A stretch of DNA of 64,000 bases from Eremomyces bilateralis CBS 781.70 (Eukaryota). The stretch lies in the NCBI GenBank assembly GCA_010015585.1, contig ML975177.1, one strand, 5' to 3'. A model generated the notes under the pieces. It was not told where the DNA came from, ran no database searches, and worked only from the letters and a program-made list of their open reading frames with translations. Position numbers and translations under genes: made by a program. Positions 14,624 to 25,975 of the stretch are shown piece by piece; the stretch's first letter is position 1, and each line of letters opens with the position of its first letter.

Positions 14624-16679
14624 TCAGAATTCAAACTCCCCCCGAAACCGGTCGACGTCCATCTCCGGTCCAACGATGTCGCTCAAATCCCGCCGTCCCA
14701 TCTGGCTGAACACGCGTCGCAGGGTATCGTACAGGTTCGTGCTCTGGTTCTGCAGCAAAATCCGATCCACGTCCGCATCGCTAATGTTCGCCCCGTCGCC
14801 GCCGTCGCCGCCCGCCGAGCTGATCAGCTCCTTCGCCTTCTCGCGACTCTCGCGCTCGACGACGCGGTGCATCGCCAGGGCGCCCAGCAGGTGCTGCGCG
14901 GCCTCCTCGTAGCATCCGATGTTGATGCACGAAACGCCGAGATTGTACCGGGCACGGACGAAGTTTGGTCGGAGCGAGAGGGCGCGCTCGTAGGCTTGGA
15001 TGGCCTCTTCGCTGCGGCCGCTGTTGGCCAGCGTGGCGCCGAGACGGTTCCAGAGGAGGTGCAGGGTGCTTTCCTGGTTGGTGGTGCCGGCTTCGGTGCT
15101 GGCGAGCGCGGCGCTGAAGCAGTCGACGGCTTTGTCGTACTCTTCGGCGCCGTAGAAGAGCACGCCGAGGCCGACTTGGACATCGGGGTCCATCTGCTCG
15201 CCTTCGGGAGACATCTGGGCGGCGCGGATGAATAGATCGGTCACCTTTTCGTGAAGTTGGTGGCGGTCGGTGAAGCCGAGGTCGGTGCCGGAGTCGAGGG
15301 GTCCAGTGATTAGGGCGGGATATCGAACAGAGATCCAGCGCTCCAAGGTCCGGTATGCGGTGCTGTCGTAACCTTCGTTGGTGTAGGAGACCGCCAGTCC
15401 CATGAGCGCTTCAAGCTTGGATGGATCCAATGTGAGTGCCCGTTCCAGAGCTCGAATCGCCGGCGATTCCTTTTCGTTCTGGGCTTGCGCGGTCCCTAAC
15501 TTAACCCACGCATCAACGTGATCTGCGTTCCGTTGGACGGCAGCTTCGAATGCAAGCGCGGCAAGACTGAGGTTCCCACCGTTGTCCATAATATCCATCC
15601 CCTCCGCAAATGGATCCACGTGCGATTCGAACGGATTGTGTTCCTCGAATAGATATTCGCCCAACTGTGGATCTCGCAGGGAGGAATGGGTGTTCAGACC
15701 ATCGAAGCTATCCCACTGATCCAACCCGTCCATATTCAGTTCCGAGGGAAACGTGTTCTCTTCGTCCACGAGCGCCCTGGCGTGCGCCGTTTCAGCTTTT
15801 ATGCCTCGCCAGATGGATTCAAAATCCTCAAACGCGTCCGTCTCGTTGATAGGGTCTTGATTTTGGGGGACTGACCTGTCTAGATCTCCCAACTCTCGCT
15901 CTATGTCTCTTCGAGCCTGCTCGTCCACATCTTCTTCCGTTTGCGGGGCATCGAGAGATGCGAATTGTGCCTCCCAATCTTGGTCGTCAAGCTCGACCAT
16001 CCGTGCCTTGCCCTTCCCTTCGGCCTGCTGAGGTTGTTGCGGTTGTTGGTATCCCATCTGGTTGTACTGTCCGCCCATCATGCCCATGCCGCCCATACCC
16101 ATGCCCATACCCATACCGCTCATGCCCATACCGCCCATACCGTAGCCCATCGGACTCTGGTTCATCATCGACGGGGCAGCGGAGACGCCCGCGCTAGATG
16201 TGTGCGCGACCGGGCTCGAGTTCATCTGCTGGTATTTCGCGAACTCGGCGGGGTTGAATCCGGGGCCGTGGAAGCCTGCATCCATATGCTGCGGTGCTTC
16301 CACCCCAGGATCGAACTCAGCTGCCCACGCAGGGGAACCGCCGCCGTGGGCTCGTTCCAATTCTCGCCGCATCTGCTCCATGGCGAATGGAGAAGCGGGG
16401 CCAGGGCCATGTGGCAGTTGTGAGGGTTGCTGGGCGAATTCGTCTAACATCTATACCGACGTCAGCGGCTATCCTAAGCCGGCTCGGCATTTCGAAATCG
16501 GAGAAACATACCTGATCCCCTCCAGGACCTCCCGTCTGCGTCCTCATCCCCTCCTGCAGCCCTGGACCCCGCCCCACCAACCTGTCACGCTGGAGTGACT
16601 TGTCATCATGGACGTGCTTGGTGAACTGACTGAGCGGGTTGCTCCCGGTCGAGCACTCTGGGCCACCGAGGAAAGACAT
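14624..16679 (-). CDS. PEX5: peroxisomal targeting signal 1 receptor
   Basis: N-terminal MSFLGGPEC with the conserved Cys, WxxxF motifs (WAAEF, WEAQF), TPR repeats, LWNRLGATLANS, FVRARYNLGVSCINIG. Intron 16451..16511. Confidence 0.96.
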
Positions 16680-17210
16680 GTCTACCGAGCAACGAGGGGA
16701 ACACGATAGAATGGGATTTGTAATCGACCGGTCCAACCGTTCGTGGTATGGTGTTATGACGTTCTTCGAACCTGTCGATTGGAACTATTCTGGTAGAAGT
16801 AGGGAAGGCAAATAAAGGCCAGAAATGAAGCACCAAGAGGTTGACAGGTAGAGGAGCTCGTGCAATAAATTCCTTAAATTCATGGAGCTCGGTAACTTGG
16901 ATGTATCCTGATATTGCTCAACGTGATTCGGACTCGGAGCAGGTGGCGACGACGGATGCCCTCCCGAGGTTAAGGCGTTAATTAAGGCCTTAAGGGCGGG
17001 CCGTAAGGCACCAGTTTCCCGTCTTAGGCACCTAAAGATTCCGTTGCATGTGTTCCTCCATGGTGTACTGAGGTAATTATTATGTATGGTGCTCGACAGA
17101 ACATATTTATTTCATCAAGAACGGAATAGTATTTTGAGATAAATGATAAGTTGTCTGTCCAAAACTGGAGTACATAGTAAATCCTACTAGCACCGTTCAC
17201 TGGGTGTAGA

Positions 17211-19558
17211 CTACAAGCCATATGTTCGCTGTACAAGACCTACCATCATCCCTTTATCGATATCCGGCTGTTGACAAAGCAAATCGACAATATCGAAGTG
17301 CCCACTCTCCGCAGCGTGAGACAGGACTGTCCGACCATTCATATCAGCCTTGTTGATATCGAGCTTGAGCTGCTGCCGATTTCCTAAATCCGTGCTGTTC
17401 ACCCGGGGGACCGTCCGCTGAGATAGCAGTAAGAGCCTTTGCACCCCGTCATGAAAGCCCTGTGAAGCCGCATAAGACAACGCAGAACGGCCGTACAGGT
17501 CTAACGCATTGAAATCCAGGTCCACTCTGCTTGACAGTAGTTCAATCATATCCACGCGCTGCCTGAGAGATGCTATAATCAACGCAGTGCGTCCATGATG
17601 ATTTCCAATGTTCAGGTTGACTTCTGGACATTCAAGAAGGACTTCGAGGATTTCGGTGTTAAGGTGTCCCACGGCAATATGGAGAGCGGTGCCTCTTTCA
17701 TTTACGTCCGTGTAGTTCACATCTTGCCCTCCTTTCAGAAGCAATAGGCTCAGCACATGTTTGTGCCGCTCCCTCGCGGTCTTGATGATCGGGCGACCAA
17801 GAAAGACCTGCTTGCCAGAATCTAAGTCTAGAATGTCCTGGATATAGGCGTGGAATCCCTCACTGGCCATGATGAGATTAATCGGAAGCATTGTACTGCT
17901 CTGCTCCAAATGACGCCATAATGCCGAGCTTAGTCTTCCAGAATTTCGAACGGCGGTGCTCAACTGGAAGAGTCTTGTGATACCGTCGTTGTGTCGAAAT
18001 TGTGACCTTGGATCTTTTGCGCTGCAACCATAGGGATTATGAATGTCCGCAGTGACTCCCCCGTCGCCTAAAAGAGCGAAGACGATGCCCAAATGACCTT
18101 GCCTGACAGCGTAATGGAGGGCTGTTAGCCCAGCCGCCGTGGTGATATTAGGGTCCAGATCCTTAGATTGGAGCAATCCTGAGCATGCGCTGATATTACC
18201 GACCGCTGCGGCGAAGTGCAAAGGCGTAGCAAGCCATCTGTTCTTCGCGTTTACGTCTGCTCCTCTTTCAACAAGTCTTTTTATCACCTCGGGATTATCG
18301 GATTTCCAAGATCCTAGATGGAGTGGGAAGTTCCCGAAAGAGCGCTTGGTGTTGGTATCGTAGTCTACCGTTTCCAGGAGCCTGAGGATCATGTCAGAAC
18401 CGCCAGAGCCGTAGCGGAACAGCACTGCGTGAAGCAGTCCATACCCCAGGAATCCCGACAAGCGGTATCCGCCAGCTTTCGAAAATGCCTCTATTGATGA
18501 AGCGTCTCCGGTGGCTGCTGCGGGTAGAGGCAACGGCGAAGCGTTTAAAGTGGGGTAGATCCCTAATTCTTGTAGATGCGCACACATGCGCTCTTCGAAT
18601 TGTTGATAGCACTGGGTGAACTGAAGCCAGCCACTAAAAGGCATATAAGAGAAAGACGTGCCTGAGTAGTAGGCATAAGCTGCCCCATGATTTCCGGTCA
18701 TCCGCATGATTTTCATGGAATCCAAGTTTATGGTATGTTTAGAAATATCGACCATTCCGGAATCCAACTGAACAAGCAGTTGAGAGAACAGGAGCGCCTG
18801 TAGAGGCTCCTCAGACCCCGATTTTATGACCTTTAGGCGCAATATTTCTCGCAGATGTTCCATCCAGGCGTCATATATGGACCGGAGCTGATCTAGACTC
18901 GAGCAGACTTTATCCGCGACAGTTGTGTCGATGTTTCGAAATATTTCTTGGAGTTGAAATCCTTTTTTTGGTCTTGTGGATCGTCGAACGCAAAATATGT
19001 GCATAGTTCAGATGCTCTACCCTTGATGTGGCTCCATATTAGCTTGAACTCGGGAGGGTGGAGGAATCTGGGCTTTACGCACATCATTTGTACCTCCTCT
19101 AGCGAAGCCGATGAGGAACTCGAACTTTGGGGGGTTCTGCTTGTTTCATTCTCTGAGCAGGGAAATCCTTTCTGTTGGCACCGACCACATTTCTGGCCAG
19201 GCCTCCGCTCTGTTGGTAGGCACTTCGGCCAAGTGTTAGCCGCGCGAGAATGGTACCAAGAAATGAATTGAAATGAGTACTTGGAAGTTAAATGGAAGAT
19301 TTGAAAGGGCAGAACATTATTAACATAGAGCATATTCAGTGAACATGAGTATAAAAGACTGTAGCGGGCTATGTGAGAGGCAGTCTATCCGATTCAGGAT
19401 GCTCTGTATAGTGACTCGGTTGCCCTTATGGATAAAGGTGCCTGTCTTGCACGGTATGTATCCGGGGAACGTACTTTTTGCTTATCCCGACGACAATGCC
19501 TGCATTTCAAGTATTCCAGTTTTCGGTTTCTTCGCCGCCCAGTTCTTGCGGGTGGCAT
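17211..19558 (-). CDS. Zn2Cys6-like domain plus ankyrin-repeat protein, reading frame broken near 18963-18969
   Basis: Exon 19475..19558 (..KCRHCRRDKQK) splices across 19223..19474 to CLPTERRPGQKCGRCQQKGFPC. ORF 17211..19004 has many ankyrin motifs (TPLHFAA, TALHYAV, TALHIAV, GRTALIIAS, GRSALSYAA, GRTVLSHAA). Confidence 0.75.
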
Positions 19559-19856
19559 TTCTTCAGAGAAATAAATAATCGGTTGCCTGGATATCGTTTG
19601 ATGGAGTTGAAAGCCGTAATTTGCAGAGTATGAAATGCTGGTGGACGTGTTCGGTATCGTCGGAGGTGGAGGAGTAAACTTCGAAGAAGATATCAAGGCG
19701 GTTCAACGGTCAAAGTCTCCGGACTCGGGAGGAGGACGCTAACCATCATTGACCAGCGTGAATAAAAATTGGCCCTGCCTGGCGACGGTGGGGAGGACCG
19801 AGGAAGACAATATTTAATGAACGGCCAATGACGCACCCGACGCACTGAAAAGACCT

Positions 19857-20083
19857 ATGCGACGGTCTTGGAAAGGTGCCACACTACCGGACAATGTACG
19901 CCGTACGGAGTACTGCCATATTGACACTGAAGTCCCGTCCCAGTTGCTGGGGGTGTCGTAGTTCAATGTGACGGTCTTGGAAAGGTGCCACACTACCGGA
20001 CAATGCACGCCGTACGGAGTACTGCCATATTGACATTGGAGTCTCGTCCCAGTTGCTGGGGGTGTCGCAGTTCAATGCGACGG
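19857..20083. repeat. tandem duplication, 2 x 109 bp
   Basis: Units start at 19861 and 19970 (GACGGTCTTGGAAAGGTGCC..). Six mismatches, all transitions. Confidence 0.95.
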
Positions 20084-21182
20084 AATCGTGGGAGTTGTTT
20101 TGTTTGGAAATGTCATAGAATTCATGACCCACTTGCCGCATCTGGGCCCGGGTATCGCACTGAAGTGCGATAATGAGGTTGTTGATCCACTCTCGCAAGA
20201 GAAACGAGAGTTGACCTCACCATGCGACCTATGAGCTTCATCATGTCTACTAGATGTAAGCGGTGGCTCTCTCCATAAATATTTAATTGCTCCCAAAATC
20301 CTTTGCACTCGACGAACTGCAGTCTTGAATCTTTCTCTTTCACTCCTAAGTCTAAGTCCCTGCTAGTTGGATTGCTTCGCGGAGAATATACTTCGTTCTG
20401 TACGAAGATCGCTTCGCCTATGCTTTAGCTTTGCAAAATGGCTCCAGCCTTGCCACCGCCCATCGAATGGGCCAGTGTCGAGTCCGATGAAACCTCAGCA
20501 GCCTCGATCACCTTTGGCATCATTGCTAGCGTTCTCGGTATCGGTACGTTTGTGCTGGGATACATCCAACTCCGCCGCTTGATGAAATACTGAAATGTGG
20601 TAACGAGGGAACCTGACCATCCCTCGACCGAGTAAGTCACCCTCGTCAAGCGTGAAGCAGCGGCTAATAACCTGAGTAATAGATCCGGTATCCGCAACAC
20701 TCAATCGCAGAGTGGGGAGCACGACGGACATGATCTGACGAGCGTTCAATCGACTTAGCATTTGGCTTTGAAGGAGCGATGACAACGGCGCTTGTTTGGA
20801 AGACAATGAGATGCGATGTTTAGGTTTGGTTTGGTGTTCCTTAGGAGTATCGGCGTGGCACTAGGTGAGTTGAATAAAACAATGAAGATATATGGGTTGG
20901 ATCGCGAAAGCTTCCAACGTACCGACTCGTGTATTAGACTGCTGGAAGATAGTATACATGAATACCCAGGCGAAGTTGACTTTGTTCGCAAATTGTGTGC
21001 TTGAACATGGACGTCGCGCGTGACAATCCCCGCAACAAATGCTGACGATCATGGCCAACGGGAAGGAATCCGATTACAAACCCCGCAGATATGGTATTGA
21101 CAAGTAATGGAAGACAAGACAATAGAACCCAAATATCTGTCAGCACAGGGGTATCTTAACTGAAAAGAAACATGAACTCGAA

Positions 21183-23076
21183 TCACTGAAACTTGACTTT
21201 TGGCTTCGACAAAAACGGATTGCGCCAGTATCCCGATTGAACCATCAGCATACCGAGGCACCAGGTGTAACACAATGAAAACCCTGCCGCGCCGATAAGA
21301 ACATTTAGCACGACCCAAAGGTCAGGTTTGTTGTATGGCGGCGCAATGAACGCCTCGCAAATGTGCCATCCCACCATGGCGATGTAGAAAGCCGAGTGGA
21401 TGATAGCCTCCGCCCAATGAAGACCAGGCTCATCGACGACGCGTCTCCCAGGCAAGTAGAGATGCCATGAAACTGGAGGAAGCCCCAGGAGCCACGCCCA
21501 AAGAAGAGTGAGTACGACGTACGGCACCGCTAACCCGTCGCGATTAAGAAGTGGGAATAGTGTCCATGCCGCGAGAATATTTGCAAATCCGATCCAGGAG
21601 CGTAACCGAAGTGCCAACCCACCCGACCCAGACAACAAGACTGTCATTGGAAGGAGAGGAAGAAGCACGTTCTTCTCATGGACCTGGTAGCTTGCAAGGA
21701 AAAAGCCCCAAGCTGTCGTTGCGAATGCAAGAGGTATTGATGAGCGTTGGGGTTTGAGGAACAGTATTATACATGGAGGAAGAATTAACAACAGCGTCAG
21801 GGCAAGTGACACGTGCTGAAGCAGCGCCGAAGGATATATGTGAAGTTTGTGGAATGTGTGAAGTGCACACCAAAGGTTGGCAACTTTATCCTCGAATAGA
21901 CCACGGGCGAAGGGGAATATGCGGTGGTGAGCTTGGGATAGTTGAAGCACGAAGGGGTAGATTGCTGAGCCATCCGGAATATCGAACGGTAAATCGGAGA
22001 GAAGCGGCGGAGGCGGTGTCCCGGTGGCGGTGGTGGGTAAAGGCAGCCCTCGCCGGTAATTGTAGAGTGAGCCGAGAAGAAGAGGGAAGCATAGTATAGC
22101 GAAGCTGACGATAGTTGTGACAGCAATGGAAACGAGTCGGCCGAAGCTGAACTTTGGGAAAACACACTTTCCAAGCAAGTAGGCGAAGATGGCCGGGGCG
22201 AAGAAGAGTGCCATCTGCTTAAAGCCAAGAGCGGCAATAAACCACACGCAACTCCATAGCAGGTTGTCTGCCATTAAGCCGGACATGCTCGCAAGGACGA
22301 ATCCTAACATGACGGTGTTGTACTGAAAGTGGCCGTGGTCAATTAGAATCGTTGCCGGCTGCATGAGAACGGCAGTGACGGCAATGAGGAAGTCCCACTT
22401 CCCAACACCCTGGCTATGAGAAAAGCGGCGCATGAACGAAATAGCTGCGGGGATGTACACAGCATACTCGGACAGCAAGACAGAGGCTCGCATGAAAACC
22501 TTGAGTTCTTCCGATTCGAGCCCGCGTGACGTGTCCAGCTCAAAGAACGATGGATTAACTAGGGAGCCTCTGGATAGAAGTTAGAACATGCTACAGAATC
22601 TAAGATCTTGTTTGGATCATACATCTTGCCAAGTACCCAGCTATGATACGCAGTCAATGGAGGGTAATCTAAGCCCCACCATTTCAAATCGTAGAAGTAC
22701 CATTGAGACACAGGCAGGTGGATAGTTAACTCCATCCAGTGTCTTTGGGCTTCAAAATCGCCAAACATCGGTGGCTTCTGGTGTCCTGTAGCAATGTCAG
22801 ATACCGATGACTAGCATGAGTGGAGCAACGAAGCAGACCTGAGTAGCCCCAGAACGTGGTCGCCCACCGAAATAGCCCGACTACCATCAGAATGATCGGG
22901 AAAATAATCCATTTTGATATAGTTACTTTGGCAGGCCCAAGGAATCCTACGAGAGGGAACAATGGCTTCTTTTCTTGCGTGACAGGATCCGTATAGAGGA
23001 GGCCATGGGAAGCAGCAGATCCCAGCTCTCTACTTTTTCTCCTGGGCTTGTGAGAGTTGTGGTTTAGTGAAGACAT
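21183..23076 (-). CDS. ALG6: Dol-P-Glc:Man9GlcNAc2-PP-Dol alpha-1,3-glucosyltransferase
   Basis: [71 protein letters not shown]. Introns 22786..22838 and 22570..22622. Confidence 0.95.
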
Positions 23077-23354
23077 CACGATTCCCACAATTGAATGACT
23101 GGGTTATACATTCATGGTATCCGTGTCAGAATTCAGATGAGTTGATTTCTGGCAGTCAATAGATTCATTCGTTGAATGATCTAATCGAAGCTTCGTGATA
23201 CGTGTAGATTGTAGAAGCCGGGCGGTGTCACGTGAGGCTCCCGGTACGCGGTCCGTATGAATCGTGTAATATTCGGTTGAATATTCCCAACTGGACCCTG
23301 CGCTGCAATGCTCCACTCTCACATTCTGTCCTCTGATGGTCTGTGCGTTGGTTC

Positions 23355-23392
23355 ACCGAAATTTTCCATATCTCGATTCGAAAATTTCCCCG
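23355..23392 (+). promoter_or_regulatory. RRPE-like motifs upstream of nucleolin gene
   Basis: CCGAAATTTTCC and CGAAAATTTCC resemble the ribosome-biogenesis RRPE element, followed by a pyrimidine-rich start region. Confidence 0.4.
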
Positions 23393-23585
23393 CCTCTCTC
23401 TTTTCCTTCTTCATTCACTCACATCTTTTCCGCTCGATATCTTTCTGAGCCGCCTACTTCGATCCTCTATATCATTCTTGTGGGCAGTCACTTGAGGGTT
23501 ACCGGAGCAATATTCAAAGCTCCTATATCGTGGGATTTCGCACTTTGCCAACAGTTCTCTATAAGGGAACATACATCAGCAACTG

Positions 23586-23910
23586 GTCAGTGAATGAACG
23601 TCAGGACTGCAGAGCCCGAACTGCAGCTTCCTTTGAAGCACACACTTGGAAACTACTTGATTGGGTCTTGACTGTCACACCTATCATTCGGCACTTGTGG
23701 GAACACTCAGCCTTGTATTGGGAGTGACAGATCGCTTTTCGTGGGTTGGCTCGCCGTGGGTTTTGCTATCTCAATCACGGAGATCGGTTACGCCGCACTG
23801 AGGGGACCTCAGGACATCTTGTCCTGAACAATCGCATTTTCTTGGGCTCTGGGGGACAGCACATCGATTGAAACATTGACTCCGAGGGTGGCTAAGCTAA
23901 TACTTATTAG
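23586..23910 (+). ncRNA. long structured 5'UTR intron of NSR1, candidate intronic ncRNA or cis-regulatory RNA
   Basis: Donor GTCAGT at 23586, branch GCTAAT at 23896, acceptor TAG at 23908-23910, 30 nt before the ATG with an in-frame TAA between. At least five stem-loops inside. Confidence 0.5.
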
Positions 23911-23940
23911 GACTAAGAGGGAATTGACATTATCAACATC

Positions 23941-25631
23941 ATGTCTAAGTCAAAGCCAACAACTAAGGTCTCCAAGAAGGATGCCACTGAGGGCGTGAAG
24001 AAGGGAAGAGTTGTCAAAGCCTCTGCGGACTCTGGCAAGAACAAGTCGGCGCTGAAGAAGTCTTCCAAGGGTGACAGTGGAAAGTCTGCCAAGGCTGTCG
24101 AGCAGATCAAGAAGGCTGTTGAGTCGAAGGTCGATTCTTCATCGGACGATGACAGCGACATTTCTGACAGTGTCGCGAGCGAGGATGAGGCGGTAGCGAA
24201 GAAGGCTGCTACCAAGGGCGATTCCAAGTCAAAGGTATGAATATTCTCCGCCGCTTAGATTTCTATTACTAACCCGTGGATAGAAGGCAAAGGCTCCCAC
24301 TGATTCCGAGGAAAGCTCCGACGATAGCTCGGACTCCGACGCTGAGAGCTCGGCGGCATCTGACTCCGATGAGGAGGCCAGCTCTTCTGATGATAGCTCC
24401 GAATCTGAGTCTGAGTCTGAGGCTCCCAAGCCCAAGGGCAAGGCTGCCAAAGTCACGCCTGTCGTCAACGGAAAGTCTGCTCCTAAGGACAAGAAGGCGG
24501 CTCCTGCTGCGGATGAGACTTCGGACTCGAGCGCAAGCAGCGCATCTGAATCCGAAAATGAAGCCGAATCAGGATCCGACGCAAAGAGCGATGCCTCTGA
24601 CTCCGAAGATGGCTCCGATAGCTCCTCTGATTCTGAGTCTGAATCCGAGGAAAAGGAAGTGAAGGCCGCTCCGGTCAACGCCAACAAGCGCAAGGCCATT
24701 GATGAGGAGGCTACTCCTGCGAAGAAAGCCAAGGTAGAGACCGGAGAAGGCTCCAGCCTTTTCATCGGCAATCTCAGCTGGAACGTCGACAAGGAATGGG
24801 TCGCCCGCGAATTCGAGGAGTTTGGAACCATCACTGGATGCCGTATCATCACTGACAAGGAGAGCGGCCGATCCAAGGGGTAAGCAGTACTATGAAATTC
24901 ATCTGAAATGAACGCTCGCTGACCTCTCGTTCCACAGATACGGATACGTTGACTTCAGCACCCCCGAGGAAGCCCGCGCCGCTCAAGAGGCACGCCACGG
25001 ATATTTCCTCGACGGCCGCGACCTCCGCGTCGACTTCGCCACCCCCCGTCCCGAGCGCCCACAAGACTCTCCCGCCGCCTTCAAGGACCGCGCCAATTTC
25101 CGCGCCCAGAAGTTTGGTGACGCGACTTCGGCGCCCACCAAGACCCTTTGGGTTGGCAACCTGCCTTACGGCACCGATGAAGATACGATTAAGGCTGGGT
25201 TCGGCGAGTACGGCGCCATCTCGCGTGTCGGCCTGCCCCGCGATCGCGAGACCAATGAGATCAAGGGTATCGCATACGTGACATACGGAGAAGTCGAGGA
25301 GGCCAAGGCGGCGTTGGAGGCGCTCAACGGCACCGATTTCAATGGACGTGCGCTGCGTCTCGATTTCGACAAGGGCCGTGATGATGCCGAGGGTGGACGA
25401 GGTGGCTTCGGCGGCCGCGGTCGTGGAGGGTTCGGCGATCGTGGTGGCCGTGGTGGGTTCGGTGGTGGCCGTGGCGGGTTCGGTGATCGTGGTGGACGTG
25501 GCGGCGGCCGTGGGTTCGGCGATCGTGGGGGACGTGGCGGCCGTGGCCGTGGACGTGGTGGTCCTCCTAATACCACCAACCGTGGTGGATTCGGTGACTT
25601 CAAGGGCCAGAAGGTGAGCTTTGATGACTAG
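23941..25631 (+). CDS. NSR1: nucleolin-like protein (Nsr1/Gar2)
   Basis: Lys-rich and Ser/Asp/Glu-rich N-terminus, two RRMs (LFIGNLSWN..SKG|YGYVDF; LWVGNLPY..KGIAYVTY), C-terminal RGG/GAR tract ending RGGFGDFKGQKVSFDD. Two coding introns. Confidence 0.95.
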
Positions 25632-25975
25632 AGGATTCGTTGAAGGGGTTTTGCTTTCGAACTGGTTTGTTCCACTGTAATGCTCTGTTTCCATTGTCTC
25701 GTGTTTTCTTTTTTCCTCATTGTAGCTTGCGATTGAGCTGGTATAACCACAGCCAAACGGTTGGGGCTCCCACGTCCTTGTTAGGTCACTAAAAGTTTAT
25801 ATTTGGGTCCCGGTTAGGCAGATCAATCAAGTTTCGATACTCTCTCAACACTTTGCCATCCTCTAGTAATAGATTCCGAGTGCACATTCGTTAAATCTTA
25901 TTGAAATTCATGGTGATCTGAACTAATAAACTCATGACAGCGCCTCATAAACTCTCAAGCCCCCTCCCTGCGCAT

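Noticed and set aside
20090..21150. Fragmentary ORFs between the tandem repeat and ALG6
   Set aside because: Multiple stops in all frames and no identifiable homology. Possibly a gene relic, but unsupported.
23825..23833. TGAACAATC complementary to the 25S rRNA A-loop (snR52-like guide)
   Set aside because: Only 9 nt, no properly placed D/D' box, and such matches are expected by chance.
24849..25694. Long antisense and alternative-frame ORFs over NSR1, SEC14, PEX5, SEC10 and xfp
   Set aside because: Shadows of GC-rich, codon-biased real genes.
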